From: a virus
IMG/VR virus record: IMGVR_UViG_3300020182_001907
Reading direction: 5' to 3' (one strand)
Length of the DNA: 64,000 bases
The position numbers and the translations under genes are program-made. Below are positions 17,115 through 27,817 of the stretch, in pieces; positions within the stretch are counted from its first letter, which is position 1; every line of letters begins with the position of its first letter. The notes beneath the pieces were generated by a model that saw only the letters and a list, made by a program, of their open reading frames with translations, ran no database searches and was not told where the DNA came from.

Positions 17115-18118
17115 TGAAAGTAGAAGTAACAGAATTAGATATTGTGTATATTAGTTATGACGAACCTAACTGCGAAGAACACTGGTCTGATCTCTTAAAT
17201 AAAGTTCCATGGGCAAAACGTGTTCATGGTGTAAAAGGTTTTGATGCTGCACATAAACGTGCTGCACAAATAGCAGAAACAGACCGGTTCATCACAGTAG
17301 ACGGCGACAATATAGTAATGCCAGACTTTTTTGATCAAACGCTAGATATACCAGACACTGATATGTATGGTAATGAAATAAGCGAAAGCATCTTTAGTTG
17401 GAACGGAAGAAATTTGCTAAACGGATTAGTCTACGGCAACGGCGGACTTAAATGTTGGCCTACAGAATACACTAAAACTATTAGCACACATGAAGCAGCC
17501 ACCGACGGCGAAGGTATGGAGTTTTGTTGGAAGTTAAACTATATTCAACTTAACGACACGTTCTCAGAAGTTCATCAAACTGCAAGCCCATTCCAGGCGT
17601 TCCGCGCAGGATTTAGAGAAGGCGTTAAGATGAGTTTAGATCAAGGCAAGCGAGTACAAGCTAACGAGTTTAAGGAAAAAATCTGGTACGGCAACTATAA
17701 TAGATTACAAGTTTGGTGCAATATTGGTGATGATGTGGAAAATGGGGTGTGGGCTATATATGGTGCAAGGCTGGGCTGCAAAATGACAGTGCTGTCAGAT
17801 TGGGACACTAACAACATTGCAGATTACACTTGGTTTAAGGATTTCTTTTACAAGCAAGTCGCTCCTCAATTTAATGGCAACAAGCAAAATCAGTGTCCTC
17901 ATACCAAGCAGCAGTGGGATGATCATTTATTATATAAAGAGATAACAGCGTTAGGAAATGAAATAAACACTGAAGTTAACCAAATGTTGTTATTTGATCC
18001 AAATCCACTAGTGAGTAAGTTCTTTAAAACAACCTACACTGCTCCTAGGCGTTGGGGTGTTATGGTTAGGGAAAAACAGATTCAAGAATTACTTGAGAAA
18101 GGGTTAATAGGACATTAA
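17114..18118 (+). CDS. GT-A fold putative glycosyltransferase
   Basis: ISYDEP..VHGVKG.D.AH..AA..FITVDGDN (DxD)..YGNGGLK..AGFREGVK; homologous to the last repeat of 38715..42113. Confidence 0.65.
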   Translation: MKVEVTELDIVYISYDEPNCEEHWSDLLNKVPWAKRVHGVKGFDAAHKRAAQIAETDRFITVDGDNIVMPDFFDQTLDIPDTDMYGNEISESIFSWNGRNLLNGLVYGNGGLKCWPTEYTKTISTHEAATDGEGMEFCWKLNYIQLNDTFSEVHQTASPFQAFRAGFREGVKMSLDQGKRVQANEFKEKIWYGNYNRLQVWCNIGDDVENGVWAIYGARLGCKMTVLSDWDTNNIADYTWFKDFFYKQVAPQFNGNKQNQCPHTKQQWDDHLLYKEITALGNEINTEVNQMLLFDPNPLVSKFFKTTYTAPRRWGVMVREKQIQELLEKGLIGH

Positions 18119-18150
18119 CCATATAAAATTAACAAATGTTTTTATTCAGA

Positions 18151-18156
18151 TAAATA
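18151..18156 (+). promoter_or_regulatory. Putative late promoter (GATAAATATT) with AC-rich leader
   Basis: Intergenic, upstream of ugd. The context resembles the site at 31583. Confidence 0.55.
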
Positions 18157-18183
18157 TTAACACAATACACAAAGGATACACAG

Positions 18184-19524
18184 ATGGCCTCGATCGGATT
18201 TATTGGGGTAGGCAAGTTAGGACAAGCCTGCGCCGAGATGGTCGCTGAGATCCATGATGTTGTTGGTTATGATGTAGAACCCAGAGAGCCTGAAAATTTT
18301 ACAATGGTTTCAGACTTGCGGGATGCTGTAATAGGACAAGATATTGTTTTTATTGCTGCACCTACACCACACGACCCACAGTATGATGGACGAGCACCCA
18401 CCAGCCATTTACCCAACAAAGACTTTGACTATACTATAGTCAAGGATATCTTAAAACAGGTAAATGAAGTAGCAACACCTAAGCAATTAGTTGTACTAAT
18501 TAGCACAGTATTACCTGGCACTGTTCGCAGAGAACTAATACCTCTATTAACAAACGCCCGTTTCATATATAACCCTTACTTGATTGCCATGGGCACAGTC
18601 AAGTGGGATATGGTTAATCCAGAAATGGTTATGATTGGCACTGGAGACGGTTCAGAAACTGGTGATGCAAAACAGTTAGTAGATTTTTACAAAACAATCA
18701 TGCAAAACGATCCCAAGTATGTTGTAGGTACCTGGGATGAATGTGAATGCATCAAAGTGTTCTACAATACGTTTATTAGTGCTAAAGTTAGTTTGGTAAA
18801 CATGATACAAGACGTTGCTGAAAAGCAGGGTAATATAAATGCAGAAGTTGTATGCGATGCTCTTGCTAATGCTGATAGGCGTATTATGGGTCCGGGTTAC
18901 ATGAAGCCTGGTATGGGCGATGGTGGTGCTTGTCACCCCAGAGATAATATTGCGTTACGCTGGATGGCTGAGGAGTTGGATCTAGGTTATGATTTATTTG
19001 ATTCAGTAATGCGTAGCAGAGAAGTACAAGCAGAGAACATGGCAAAGCGTTTGGTACAACTAAGTTTACCTGCTAATATTGCGCCTATGCATTATATTCC
19101 TAAGCTACCAATTGTTATTGTGGGTAAAGCTTATAAACCTCTTGTGCCTTATGAAGCAGGTAGCAGCAGTATGCTAGTTGGCCATTATATAGAAAAATTA
19201 GGCGGCGAACTTTATTATTTAGATGAAGAATGTGGAGAAACACCACCTGAAAACATTTTAAATAACCCAGCAGTTTATTTAATGGCCCATAATCCTGAAG
19301 TAACTTATGGCGAACAATTAGATTTTGTAAAAAGTTGGTATGCAGGCAATCACGCCGTTACAAACTGTGATACTGCATTAACAGTCGAAACTGCAAATGG
19401 TTCAGAATTGACTTTCAGTACAGGAAGTGTTATACTAGATCCTTGGAGAAAAGTTCCAAACAATATCCCTGGGGTCGAAGTCATACATTACGGGAATACA
19501 AGGGGAGAGAGATCATGGCAATAG
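18184..19524 (+). CDS. ugd: UDP-glucose/GDP-mannose 6-dehydrogenase
   Basis: Rossmann GFIGVGKLG, APTP, STVLPGT, YNP, E..K.FYN.F, catalytic GGACHPRD and AYKP. Confidence 0.85.
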   Translation: MASIGFIGVGKLGQACAEMVAEIHDVVGYDVEPREPENFTMVSDLRDAVIGQDIVFIAAPTPHDPQYDGRAPTSHLPNKDFDYTIVKDILKQVNEVATPKQLVVLISTVLPGTVRRELIPLLTNARFIYNPYLIAMGTVKWDMVNPEMVMIGTGDGSETGDAKQLVDFYKTIMQNDPKYVVGTWDECECIKVFYNTFISAKVSLVNMIQDVAEKQGNINAEVVCDALANADRRIMGPGYMKPGMGDGGACHPRDNIALRWMAEELDLGYDLFDSVMRSREVQAENMAKRLVQLSLPANIAPMHYIPKLPIVIVGKAYKPLVPYEAGSSSMLVGHYIEKLGGELYYLDEECGETPPENILNNPAVYLMAHNPEVTYGEQLDFVKSWYAGNHAVTNCDTALTVETANGSELTFSTGSVILDPWRKVPNNIPGVEVIHYGNTRGERSWQ

Positions 19525-20132
19525 TAACAAAATATAAAATTAATACAGAGATACCCGGCTGGACTACTGAAAAAAAATTAAATATGTTGGCGGAAAAAGC
19601 CGCAGCAGTACCTGAAAATGGCACAATTGTCGAGCTAGGAACTTTTTGCGGAAGAAGTGCATACAGTCTTGGTAGTAATAAACTAGATTCTGTGAAACTG
19701 GTATGTGTAGATATGTTCCCTGACAACTTTATACAGATTCTGGCTAAAGACTTCCCTGGCATTGAGCATGGCTTCGGCAATTTAGATACTCCATATACAT
19801 GGCAAGCATGTTCTTACGCCCTCAAAGATGTTGTTAATCTAGAATATCTTAGAACAGTATTGCCCCTTCCTAGTTTTGTACAAATAGATTTGGAGGTTGA
19901 TTTATTGTTTATTGACACAGTACACACTGCTGAGGGAGCCCAAAGTGATATAGATCAATGGTTTCCTCTATTAACAGATAATGCAGTTGTTGTTTTTGAT
20001 GATTATTGTGATGTGTTTCCTGAATATTCAGAAATAATAGACAAGCACCTTCTTACTCTAGATGTACAAAACAGAGAAGTATACGAACATGCATTATGGG
20101 TACAGCTAGGAAAAAAAGAGGAAAACAAATAA
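19515..20132 (+). CDS. Class I SAM-dependent methyltransferase (Methyltransf_24-like)
   Basis: IVELGTFCGRS, DLLFIDTVH and VVFDDY. ATG at 19515 follows a GGAGAG RBS. Confidence 0.8.
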   Translation: MAIVTKYKINTEIPGWTTEKKLNMLAEKAAAVPENGTIVELGTFCGRSAYSLGSNKLDSVKLVCVDMFPDNFIQILAKDFPGIEHGFGNLDTPYTWQACSYALKDVVNLEYLRTVLPLPSFVQIDLEVDLLFIDTVHTAEGAQSDIDQWFPLLTDNAVVVFDDYCDVFPEYSEIIDKHLLTLDVQNREVYEHALWVQLGKKEENK

Positions 20133-20133
20133 C

Positions 20134-21684
20134 ATGGCATATAAAAAAGGTATAACAAAATTTCACGGGGCTGGCTCTCAACAAACATTTGATGCTTTAA
20201 GTGAAGTGAGCGATTCCTTTTGTTTAGCAAAATGGCTGCAGGTTACATTGCATTTACAAAATGGGCACAACCATAGTTGCCACCATCCCGTTACACATCG
20301 GGCAGACGAAAATGAAATTGCAAATAATCCTAATGCGCTACACAATACTCTGTACAAAAAAGCCAAGCAAGCACAAATGTTAACAGGAGAACGGCCTACA
20401 GAATGCCAATACTGCTGGAACATAGAAGACATAGGGCAAGACAGTGATGACACGAGTTTTGCAAGTGACAGGATTCACAAGTCAGGCGATATTACTTGGG
20501 CCGGTACAAACCAAATACAGCCGTTGTTAGACAAAATAAAACGGGGCGAAAAAATAAATCCGCGTTATGTTGAAATTTCATTCAGTAATGTGTGTAATTT
20601 TAAATGCAGTTATTGTTCTCCTGTACACAGCAGTCTATGGACTAGCGAAATCAAAAACAAAGGTCCATATGAGTTGCTGTCTAATCCAGGACATAATAAT
20701 CTAGAATGGTTAGAGAAAGAAGATAAACTACCTATACACCACAAAGATTATAATCCATATGTAGAAGCATTTTGGGAATGGTGGCCTGATCTTGTTCAAG
20801 ATCTAGTGTCGTTTAGAATTACTGGCGGCGAGCCATTACTTGAAGAAAATACGTTTAAAGCGATCAAGATGTTACAAGAATCTGAAACTGGATCGCTAAA
20901 AGAGATGAGTATTAACAGCAATGCGTGTGTACCAGACGAAGTTATAGATCGGTATATTCTAGAAATGAATAAATTATTAGATTCTGGAAAAGTTGAAATT
21001 TCTCGGTTCTTTACAAGCTGCGATACCCATGGCGAGCAAGCTGAATATATCAGGCACGGATTTGATTATAAGAGGTGGCTTAAAAATGTAGACAAAATTC
21101 TAACAGAAATACCTAAATCTAGAGTGACAATTATGTGCACTGCTAATCTCATGAGCTTACCAAGATTTCATTTATTTCTCCAAGACGTACATGCGTTAAA
21201 GAAAAAACACTGGAATAATCCACTTAAAGGGCGTGACCAAGGATTAACATTAGATATACCTATATTGCGTCATCCCGCTCATCAAAGTGTAGCTATACTA
21301 CCTAGCACATATGCAGACATGTTAACTCCTAGTTTAGCCTATATGACCAGCCACTGGGTGGATGGACAGAACCGTGATGCCTGGACAAAAAGAACTACTA
21401 ACAAATTCTCACCTGATCTTTTACAAGATATACAAGAAGATGATAAAATGTTTACTGATTTAGAAATGCAGAGGTTTCAAAGACTGATAAAATCAGTTGA
21501 GGAAGATGTAAATGTTAACGAAGGTGTTAATTCTAAAACTTCAATGATTGATTTTTATTTGTTTGTAAACGAACATGATAGAAGACGTGGTACAGATTTC
21601 AAAAAAACTTTTCCAGAACTTATGGATTTTTATAGGTTATGTGAAGAAGAACATAATAAAAGAATTATGGTGAGGAATATATAA
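20134..21684 (+). CDS. Radical SAM enzyme with N-terminal twitch-like Fe-S region
   Basis: CNFKCSYC and ITGGEP, plus N-terminal FCLAKW..SCHH..ECQYCW. Confidence 0.85.
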   Translation: MAYKKGITKFHGAGSQQTFDALSEVSDSFCLAKWLQVTLHLQNGHNHSCHHPVTHRADENEIANNPNALHNTLYKKAKQAQMLTGERPTECQYCWNIEDIGQDSDDTSFASDRIHKSGDITWAGTNQIQPLLDKIKRGEKINPRYVEISFSNVCNFKCSYCSPVHSSLWTSEIKNKGPYELLSNPGHNNLEWLEKEDKLPIHHKDYNPYVEAFWEWWPDLVQDLVSFRITGGEPLLEENTFKAIKMLQESETGSLKEMSINSNACVPDEVIDRYILEMNKLLDSGKVEISRFFTSCDTHGEQAEYIRHGFDYKRWLKNVDKILTEIPKSRVTIMCTANLMSLPRFHLFLQDVHALKKKHWNNPLKGRDQGLTLDIPILRHPAHQSVAILPSTYADMLTPSLAYMTSHWVDGQNRDAWTKRTTNKFSPDLLQDIQEDDKMFTDLEMQRFQRLIKSVEEDVNVNEGVNSKTSMIDFYLFVNEHDRRRGTDFKKTFPELMDFYRLCEEEHNKRIMVRNI

Positions 21685-23201
21685 TGTCAGGGTACGACCA
21701 AGAATTAAAAGATTTTAAAAAAGTATTAGATGGCGTGAGTCCTAGTTTTTGCAGTGCCAAATGGTTGCAAACAACGTTGCATTTACAAAATGGAAGAACA
21801 CATAGTTGCCACCATCCCTCACCGCATGCAATCCCTATACAGGAATTGGAGAATTACGGACCCACAGCATTACATAACACAAAGTACAAGAAAGAGCAGC
21901 GCCGTCAGATGTTAGCTGGTGAGAGACCTAAAGAGTGTCAATACTGTTGGAATATTGAAGATTTGCCAGGGGACCATACTAGTGATAGACCACGTAAAAG
22001 TATGGAACCTTGGGCTAAAGATAAGTTAGATAGTATTATTGCTAGCGATTCTGATGCCAACATATTGCCTACCTATGTAGAAGTTAGTTTTAGTAATGCG
22101 TGTAATTTTAAATGTAGTTATTGCTCCCCTGTGCATAGCAGTCAATGGGTTAAAGAAATACGTGATCATGGACCATATAATTTAGGAAGTAGGATGCACA
22201 ATGGGTTAGAATATTTTGAGGAGACTGGGCAACTACCTTCACCTGACGCTGACACGTATATACTCCATTTTCGGAGTTGGTTGCTGAATACTCTAGGACC
22301 AAGTAGATCATTACAAGTATTGAGAATTACAGGAGGAGAGCCTACTCAAACAAAAGAGTTCGCTAAACTATGGGATATACTTTATCAGGTTCCACAACCT
22401 CAAATGGAGTTATGCATAAACACTAATTTAGGCATGGATAAAAAAGGTTTGGAAGATTTTGCAGACAAAATTAATCTCGCTTATCATCTCAATCTAGTTA
22501 AAAGTGTGACAATACACACCAGTTGCGATGCAGCTGGCGCTCAAGCAGAATACACAAGACATGGTTTAAATTATAATCAGTGGTTAGAGAATTGCCAGGT
22601 TCTTTTAAATACTTTTCCAAATTTAACAATAAACATAATGTGCACTACAAATATATTCTCTTTAACTAGTATGGATCGTTTTTTAGCCGACGTACTAGCA
22701 TTAAAATTATGTTATCATACTACTGAACGGACAGTACCAGTAACAATAGATTTCAGTATATTACGCTGGCCCGGCCATCAATCTCTTTCTATTATGCCAT
22801 ATGACTATGCCGATATGTTTAATACTAGTTTAGCATTTATGGAGAAGTGGAAAGATGATACTGAGTTAGTTGGTGGCAGCGAATCGATAGAGGCTTACGG
22901 AGTACACTATAATAAAACTCATAGTAGACAGTTAAATAAAGGCTTCTATGATTTTGAAATAAGCAAATTTAAAAGAATGATGGAGTTTACCAGGAACCCC
23001 CCTGATCTCAATGAGGGTGTAGTTAGTATCCAGGGGGCGTGGAGAGATTTTTATTTGTTTGTAGACGAACATGATAAAAGACGTGGAACAGATTTTAAAA
23101 AAACTTTTCCTGAGCTAGTAGAATTTTACAATCTCGCTAAAGCTACACATAAAAATAATGTGCATGTGATTTTAACTAATCATAGTACAACATACGAGTA
23201 G
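21684..23201 (+). CDS. Radical SAM enzyme with N-terminal twitch-like region (tandem paralog)
   Basis: CNFKCSYC, ITGGEP and FCSAKW..SCHH..ECQYCW. Shares the C-terminal EHD.RRGTDFKKTFPEL with the preceding gene. Confidence 0.85.
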   Translation: MSGYDQELKDFKKVLDGVSPSFCSAKWLQTTLHLQNGRTHSCHHPSPHAIPIQELENYGPTALHNTKYKKEQRRQMLAGERPKECQYCWNIEDLPGDHTSDRPRKSMEPWAKDKLDSIIASDSDANILPTYVEVSFSNACNFKCSYCSPVHSSQWVKEIRDHGPYNLGSRMHNGLEYFEETGQLPSPDADTYILHFRSWLLNTLGPSRSLQVLRITGGEPTQTKEFAKLWDILYQVPQPQMELCINTNLGMDKKGLEDFADKINLAYHLNLVKSVTIHTSCDAAGAQAEYTRHGLNYNQWLENCQVLLNTFPNLTINIMCTTNIFSLTSMDRFLADVLALKLCYHTTERTVPVTIDFSILRWPGHQSLSIMPYDYADMFNTSLAFMEKWKDDTELVGGSESIEAYGVHYNKTHSRQLNKGFYDFEISKFKRMMEFTRNPPDLNEGVVSIQGAWRDFYLFVDEHDKRRGTDFKKTFPELVEFYNLAKATHKNNVHVILTNHSTTYE

Positions 23202-23214
23202 AATAGTAAAAACT

Positions 23215-24693
23215 ATGACAGCCAATAAAATCAACAAACAAAAAATAATATTTGGTTATGACTATTTTTTCCCAAGTGGTCCACTACCTAACGCATTAGA
23301 TTTTGATGCAACATTGTTAAATCTCATAAATTCTAAACATCAGAATGCAAAACGTGGTTCTAGTATATTTACTTCTCCCCAACTTTTTCATACAAACATA
23401 TTAGGTATGGTTAGAGGCAATCCTGTACATCATTGGCCTGTAACAGAATACTCTAATTTACAAGCTGCTAATTATTGGGACATACTGGATATACAAATGT
23501 GTAGTGTGTATAGTATCCCCCCAGATGTAAAATACATATACCCAATTGTGTTACCGCCTCATTTAAACGAATGGATTTCTTTAGACGTTGTCCATACAAA
23601 ACCTGGCAACTTTTTTTTCAACAACATGAGTGCGGTGGCACGTCAAGACGTATGTGAAGGAAGAGCTACTATATTTCTAGATTTTGGACAAGAAAATTTT
23701 ATATCGAAATGGGATTTGGACAATTTACATCAGATGTTAGACCTGGTTAACCTGCGTGGTCCCAGTAGAGATAACTCGAATAAGATACCACCAGAACAAA
23801 TAGTATTAGGACATAATACGTTTAACGGCCAGGAGATTTACGAAAACTGGTATTCAGAGGAAGAAAGAAAAATAACGTACAGAAATTGGGACAGTGTTTT
23901 ACATCAAACCTCGAGGTTTTACGATCATGAACATGCGAATTCTTCAGCGTTGCCAACGTTGGAAGAATTAAATAAAGATGTAATTAGACAGTATTATTTT
24001 GTATTCAATAACAAACAGCCTAGACCATGGAGAATAGATTTGTTACTAGCTTTTGAAAGAATGGGATTGCTAGAAAATAAAATCAATTGGAGCTGGCTCA
24101 GTGACCGGGAGTTTGATTTAGATGATCTTAAAAGAAGTTTAGCACTGTTTCCTTTAGACAACAAGTCAGACAAGGATTTGGTCCAGTTAAACAGTCAATT
24201 ACCACGTCCATTAGATGGCGAACCTAACTCCACATTTGATAATGTAAGCGCTTGGACTGACAAAGATAGTAAACACATATTCTTAGACAGTTATTTCTAT
24301 TTGTGTACTGAAACTTACATGGATCAAGACGGCTATGAAAGCATCACAGAAAAAATAGCAAAGCCTATTGCTAACGGCCTTCCGTTTTTATTTGCTAGTT
24401 TTCCTGGTGTATTACGAAAATTAAGAGAATTAGGATTCCGTACATTCAATGGCTTTATCGACGAAAGCTATGACTTAGAGCCTGATGCAACAAAAAGAAT
24501 GGTAATGATAGGAAATGAAGTTGCACGATTATGCGCACTACCAAAAGGTGTAATACATGAATGGTACCACTCGCAGCAAGAAACTTTAATACATAATCAA
24601 CAAAATCTTTTAAAATATTACCAAAATTCTAGCCACACAACATCACTGATAGACGAGTTAGTAAAAAAATCCGGGGGTACAGAGGATAAATGA
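23215..24693 (+). CDS. Putative GT-B glycosyltransferase (GT10/exostosin-like C-terminus), paralog 1
   Basis: N..PRPWR...SYFYLCTET...ITEKIAKPI...PF...LRELGFRTF..IDESYDLE. Confidence 0.5.
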   Translation: MTANKINKQKIIFGYDYFFPSGPLPNALDFDATLLNLINSKHQNAKRGSSIFTSPQLFHTNILGMVRGNPVHHWPVTEYSNLQAANYWDILDIQMCSVYSIPPDVKYIYPIVLPPHLNEWISLDVVHTKPGNFFFNNMSAVARQDVCEGRATIFLDFGQENFISKWDLDNLHQMLDLVNLRGPSRDNSNKIPPEQIVLGHNTFNGQEIYENWYSEEERKITYRNWDSVLHQTSRFYDHEHANSSALPTLEELNKDVIRQYYFVFNNKQPRPWRIDLLLAFERMGLLENKINWSWLSDREFDLDDLKRSLALFPLDNKSDKDLVQLNSQLPRPLDGEPNSTFDNVSAWTDKDSKHIFLDSYFYLCTETYMDQDGYESITEKIAKPIANGLPFLFASFPGVLRKLRELGFRTFNGFIDESYDLEPDATKRMVMIGNEVARLCALPKGVIHEWYHSQQETLIHNQQNLLKYYQNSSHTTSLIDELVKKSGGTEDK

Positions 24694-25802
24694 GCGATCA
24701 AGAGATATTGCGCAATTGGGTATGTATGAACCCATTTAAATATTTAGACATTCAGGAAAATTTTTCTTGGGTTTGTTGTCCTAGTTGGATAACACTAACT
24801 CCTATTTCCAGACACTATGAGTTAGAGAACAACGGGGAAATTACTATTGCTGAAGATTGGTTTAATGGAGAAATAATTAAAGATATCAGGCACAGCGTAT
24901 TAGATGGTTCTTACGAGTACTGTGATAAAAAAGTGTGCCCTCATCTTAGCGAAATCGTTAACAATAAACAACCTACACACCCTTTGCCTATAATAACTAG
25001 AGCTGAATTCCAAGAACAATATCTAAAAGAAAAAGATCCTATAACATTTGTTGAGGAATTCAAAGAAGGACCAGAGGAAATATTGTTTGGTTTTGATCGC
25101 GCCTGCAATCTTAAATGTCCCAGTTGCCGTGATGATACAGTAATTAATCTCAAAGAGGAAGATCCATTACAAATTAAAAAAAGAAAGATTGCAGATATTA
25201 TCACTGATAATTTTGCACACAATGCTAAAAAGTTAATGATAACAGGAAGCGGAGATCCTTTTTACAGCAGAGCATTTAGGAATTACTTGCAAGAATTTCC
25301 TATTGACAATTATCCTAACATGGAGATGATACACATAATTACGAATGGTAACTTACTCAATAAAAAAATGTGGGATAGTCTTAATGCCAAAGAGTTTATT
25401 CGCAGTATTGAATTTAGCGTAGACGCAGGAACACAACACACATACGAAACAGTAACTAGGTTAAATGGAGACTGGAATAAACTGTTACAAAACATATCGT
25501 TTGTTGCAACACAAGAACAAATTAACGATATTACCTTAAGCATGGTTGTAAGTGAATTAAACTACACGGAGATGCATACCTTTTGGCTAACTATGACAGA
25601 TTTATTAAAAGATTTTCAGGGTAACCTAACGCTGAATTTTAGACGTATTGTGCATTGGCAACACAGCGCATATCGCCCAGAAGACATAAGAAACATTTCT
25701 GTATTTGATCGTGATCATCCGCAGCACGATAATTTTTTAACTGAAACAAACAAAATAAAAGATTTACCTTTTGTAAGTCATAACTTTCACGAGGTAATAT
25801 AA
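24690..25802 (+). CDS. Radical SAM enzyme with N-terminal SPASM/twitch-like cysteines
   Basis: CNLKCPSC and GSGDPF, plus N-terminal C..PF..VCCP..YCDKKVCP. Confidence 0.8.
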   Translation: MSDQEILRNWVCMNPFKYLDIQENFSWVCCPSWITLTPISRHYELENNGEITIAEDWFNGEIIKDIRHSVLDGSYEYCDKKVCPHLSEIVNNKQPTHPLPIITRAEFQEQYLKEKDPITFVEEFKEGPEEILFGFDRACNLKCPSCRDDTVINLKEEDPLQIKKRKIADIITDNFAHNAKKLMITGSGDPFYSRAFRNYLQEFPIDNYPNMEMIHIITNGNLLNKKMWDSLNAKEFIRSIEFSVDAGTQHTYETVTRLNGDWNKLLQNISFVATQEQINDITLSMVVSELNYTEMHTFWLTMTDLLKDFQGNLTLNFRRIVHWQHSAYRPEDIRNISVFDRDHPQHDNFLTETNKIKDLPFVSHNFHEVI

Positions 25803-25805
25803 ACT

Positions 25806-27272
25806 ATGCGACTACTGGCTCAAACTCACCCTAAACCTGAAAAACAAATTACATTTTTATATGATTATGCATTTCCTAACTACTATCTGCCTAATGCAAC
25901 TAGTATGGATTTATTCATGTTAAATTATATGAACAGCCAGCACGATGACGCTCCCAGCCCGTTTACAATAAACAATCATGATGCTGTAAGCAAATTGTTT
26001 AATAATAGAAATTATAATATGGCTGCAAGCAATCACGGATCTACACTATCCGCTTCTTGCTTTGCAAGGATAATAACCATAAACTGTGACACAATGGCTA
26101 ATCGTACAAAGTATCACCGTTATGTATACCCAATACATTTAACAGCGCATCTGGATCACTTTAATGGTAGGCCAGAGGGTGACAACAAGCTTAGTAAGTT
26201 TAAAGTAAATGGGGACTATTTCTATAAGTTTATGAGTGAACAAGCAATTCAAGATGTTCGCAGCGGCAAAGCAACATTATTACTTGATTACGGTTTAGAA
26301 AATTGGATACTTCGCACAGAATACGAACAAATACATGCGACACTAGACGCCGCTGGATTTCCAGCAGAAAACGTTGTGGTGTTTATTAATTCTTTGAATG
26401 CAGAAGATGTTTATAATGAATGGTTCCCAGATAATAAAAGATTACAAGTAGCAAATTTCCCCTATTTAATGATTGCGTCAAGCCAAACTTATTCCTCAGG
26501 AGAGAATTCAGTTACCGAAAAAAACTTATTAGCAAATAAAGACAACCTACGCACTTATCATTATTTGTTTAAAAGTCGTCGTCCTAGATTTCACCGCCAA
26601 GTCATTGGTTTGCATTTACTTAGTAAAGATAATTTAAAAAAAGGCAATTGGAGCTATTTAAGAGCAGGGGAGTTACCTGATCACACATTAAATTCTCTCA
26701 GGATACATTTTCCTGATATTGACTATATAAACATGGACTTAGTTGATTCATTTAACAGTATGCTTCCCAAAACACTGGTTGGCGAAGAAGACCTCACAGA
26801 ACAAACTGTTCAAACTTGGAGAGACTCTGAGTTAAACATATACTCTAACAGCTATTTTTATATCTGCACTGAAACTGGTTTTGGCTGGGAAAGTTGGCAT
26901 CAGAAAAGGGAGCACCATATCCTAACAGAAAAAGTGTGGAAACCCGTAGCTAATTTTCAACCATTTATTTTTTGCACTGTGCCAGGCACACTTGGACGAT
27001 TGCGCGAGTTAGGATACCGCACATTTGATGGCTATATTGACGAAAGTTATGATCTAGAACCAGATTACAACAAAAGAATGCTTATGATATTAAAAGAAAT
27101 AGACAAGTTATGTGCATTGCCACAAGAAGAAATACACAACTGGTATTGGTCCCAATGGGATATTTTGGTACACAACCAGCGTCATTTGATTGATCAATGC
27201 AAATTTGATAATGCTAACCTTCTTATAGAACCTTTAGTACGTAAATTACCAGCTAGGTGGATAAATGAATGA
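25806..27272 (+). CDS. Putative GT-B glycosyltransferase, paralog 2
   Basis: RRPRFHR...SYFYICTET...LTEKVWKPV..QPF...LRELGYRTF..IDESYDLE. Confidence 0.5.
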   Translation: MRLLAQTHPKPEKQITFLYDYAFPNYYLPNATSMDLFMLNYMNSQHDDAPSPFTINNHDAVSKLFNNRNYNMAASNHGSTLSASCFARIITINCDTMANRTKYHRYVYPIHLTAHLDHFNGRPEGDNKLSKFKVNGDYFYKFMSEQAIQDVRSGKATLLLDYGLENWILRTEYEQIHATLDAAGFPAENVVVFINSLNAEDVYNEWFPDNKRLQVANFPYLMIASSQTYSSGENSVTEKNLLANKDNLRTYHYLFKSRRPRFHRQVIGLHLLSKDNLKKGNWSYLRAGELPDHTLNSLRIHFPDIDYINMDLVDSFNSMLPKTLVGEEDLTEQTVQTWRDSELNIYSNSYFYICTETGFGWESWHQKREHHILTEKVWKPVANFQPFIFCTVPGTLGRLRELGYRTFDGYIDESYDLEPDYNKRMLMILKEIDKLCALPQEEIHNWYWSQWDILVHNQRHLIDQCKFDNANLLIEPLVRKLPARWINE

Positions 27273-27817
27273 ATTATAAATTACAAAAGTGGGACGAAGT
27301 AGCTACAAGCTACTTACAATCATTTGGGCAACAAGTTCCTGTTTACTCGCCTTCAGTATTTAGGGAATACAGAGGAGAAATTTTTACAACTTTCCACAGT
27401 CAAAAACATCCAGTACTAGAATACTTGACTAGCAATGTGAACATACACGCAAGATTTAGTAAAAGTTACAAAGGAGTTTTGCGAGGATTACATTACGACA
27501 ACAAAACTTGGAAATTAGTTCAAGCAATAGTGGGTGATATGTACTTCGTAGTATTAGACGTTAGACCAGATAGCAGTACATATGGTTTGTGGGAAAGTTA
27601 TATACTCAGTGAACACACCAGAGATCAAGTATTAGTTCCGCCAGGATTTGCTAACGGGTTTTTTGCTTTAACTGATTGCATGTTCCACTACAATTTATTT
27701 TATGAAGGAGAATATGTAGATGAAAATGCACAAGGCATTGTTAAGTGGAATGATAAAAATTTTAACATCAAATGGCCCACAAATAATCCTATTTTACAAA
27801 CAAGGGATGAATCTTGA
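27269..27817 (+). CDS. rmlC: dTDP-4-dehydrorhamnose 3,5-epimerase family (cupin)
   Basis: RG.IF, S.S.KGVLRGLH, KLV, D.RPDSSTYG.W, VPPGFANGF and W.D....I.WP. Confidence 0.85.
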   Translation: MNYKLQKWDEVATSYLQSFGQQVPVYSPSVFREYRGEIFTTFHSQKHPVLEYLTSNVNIHARFSKSYKGVLRGLHYDNKTWKLVQAIVGDMYFVVLDVRPDSSTYGLWESYILSEHTRDQVLVPPGFANGFFALTDCMFHYNLFYEGEYVDENAQGIVKWNDKNFNIKWPTNNPILQTRDES

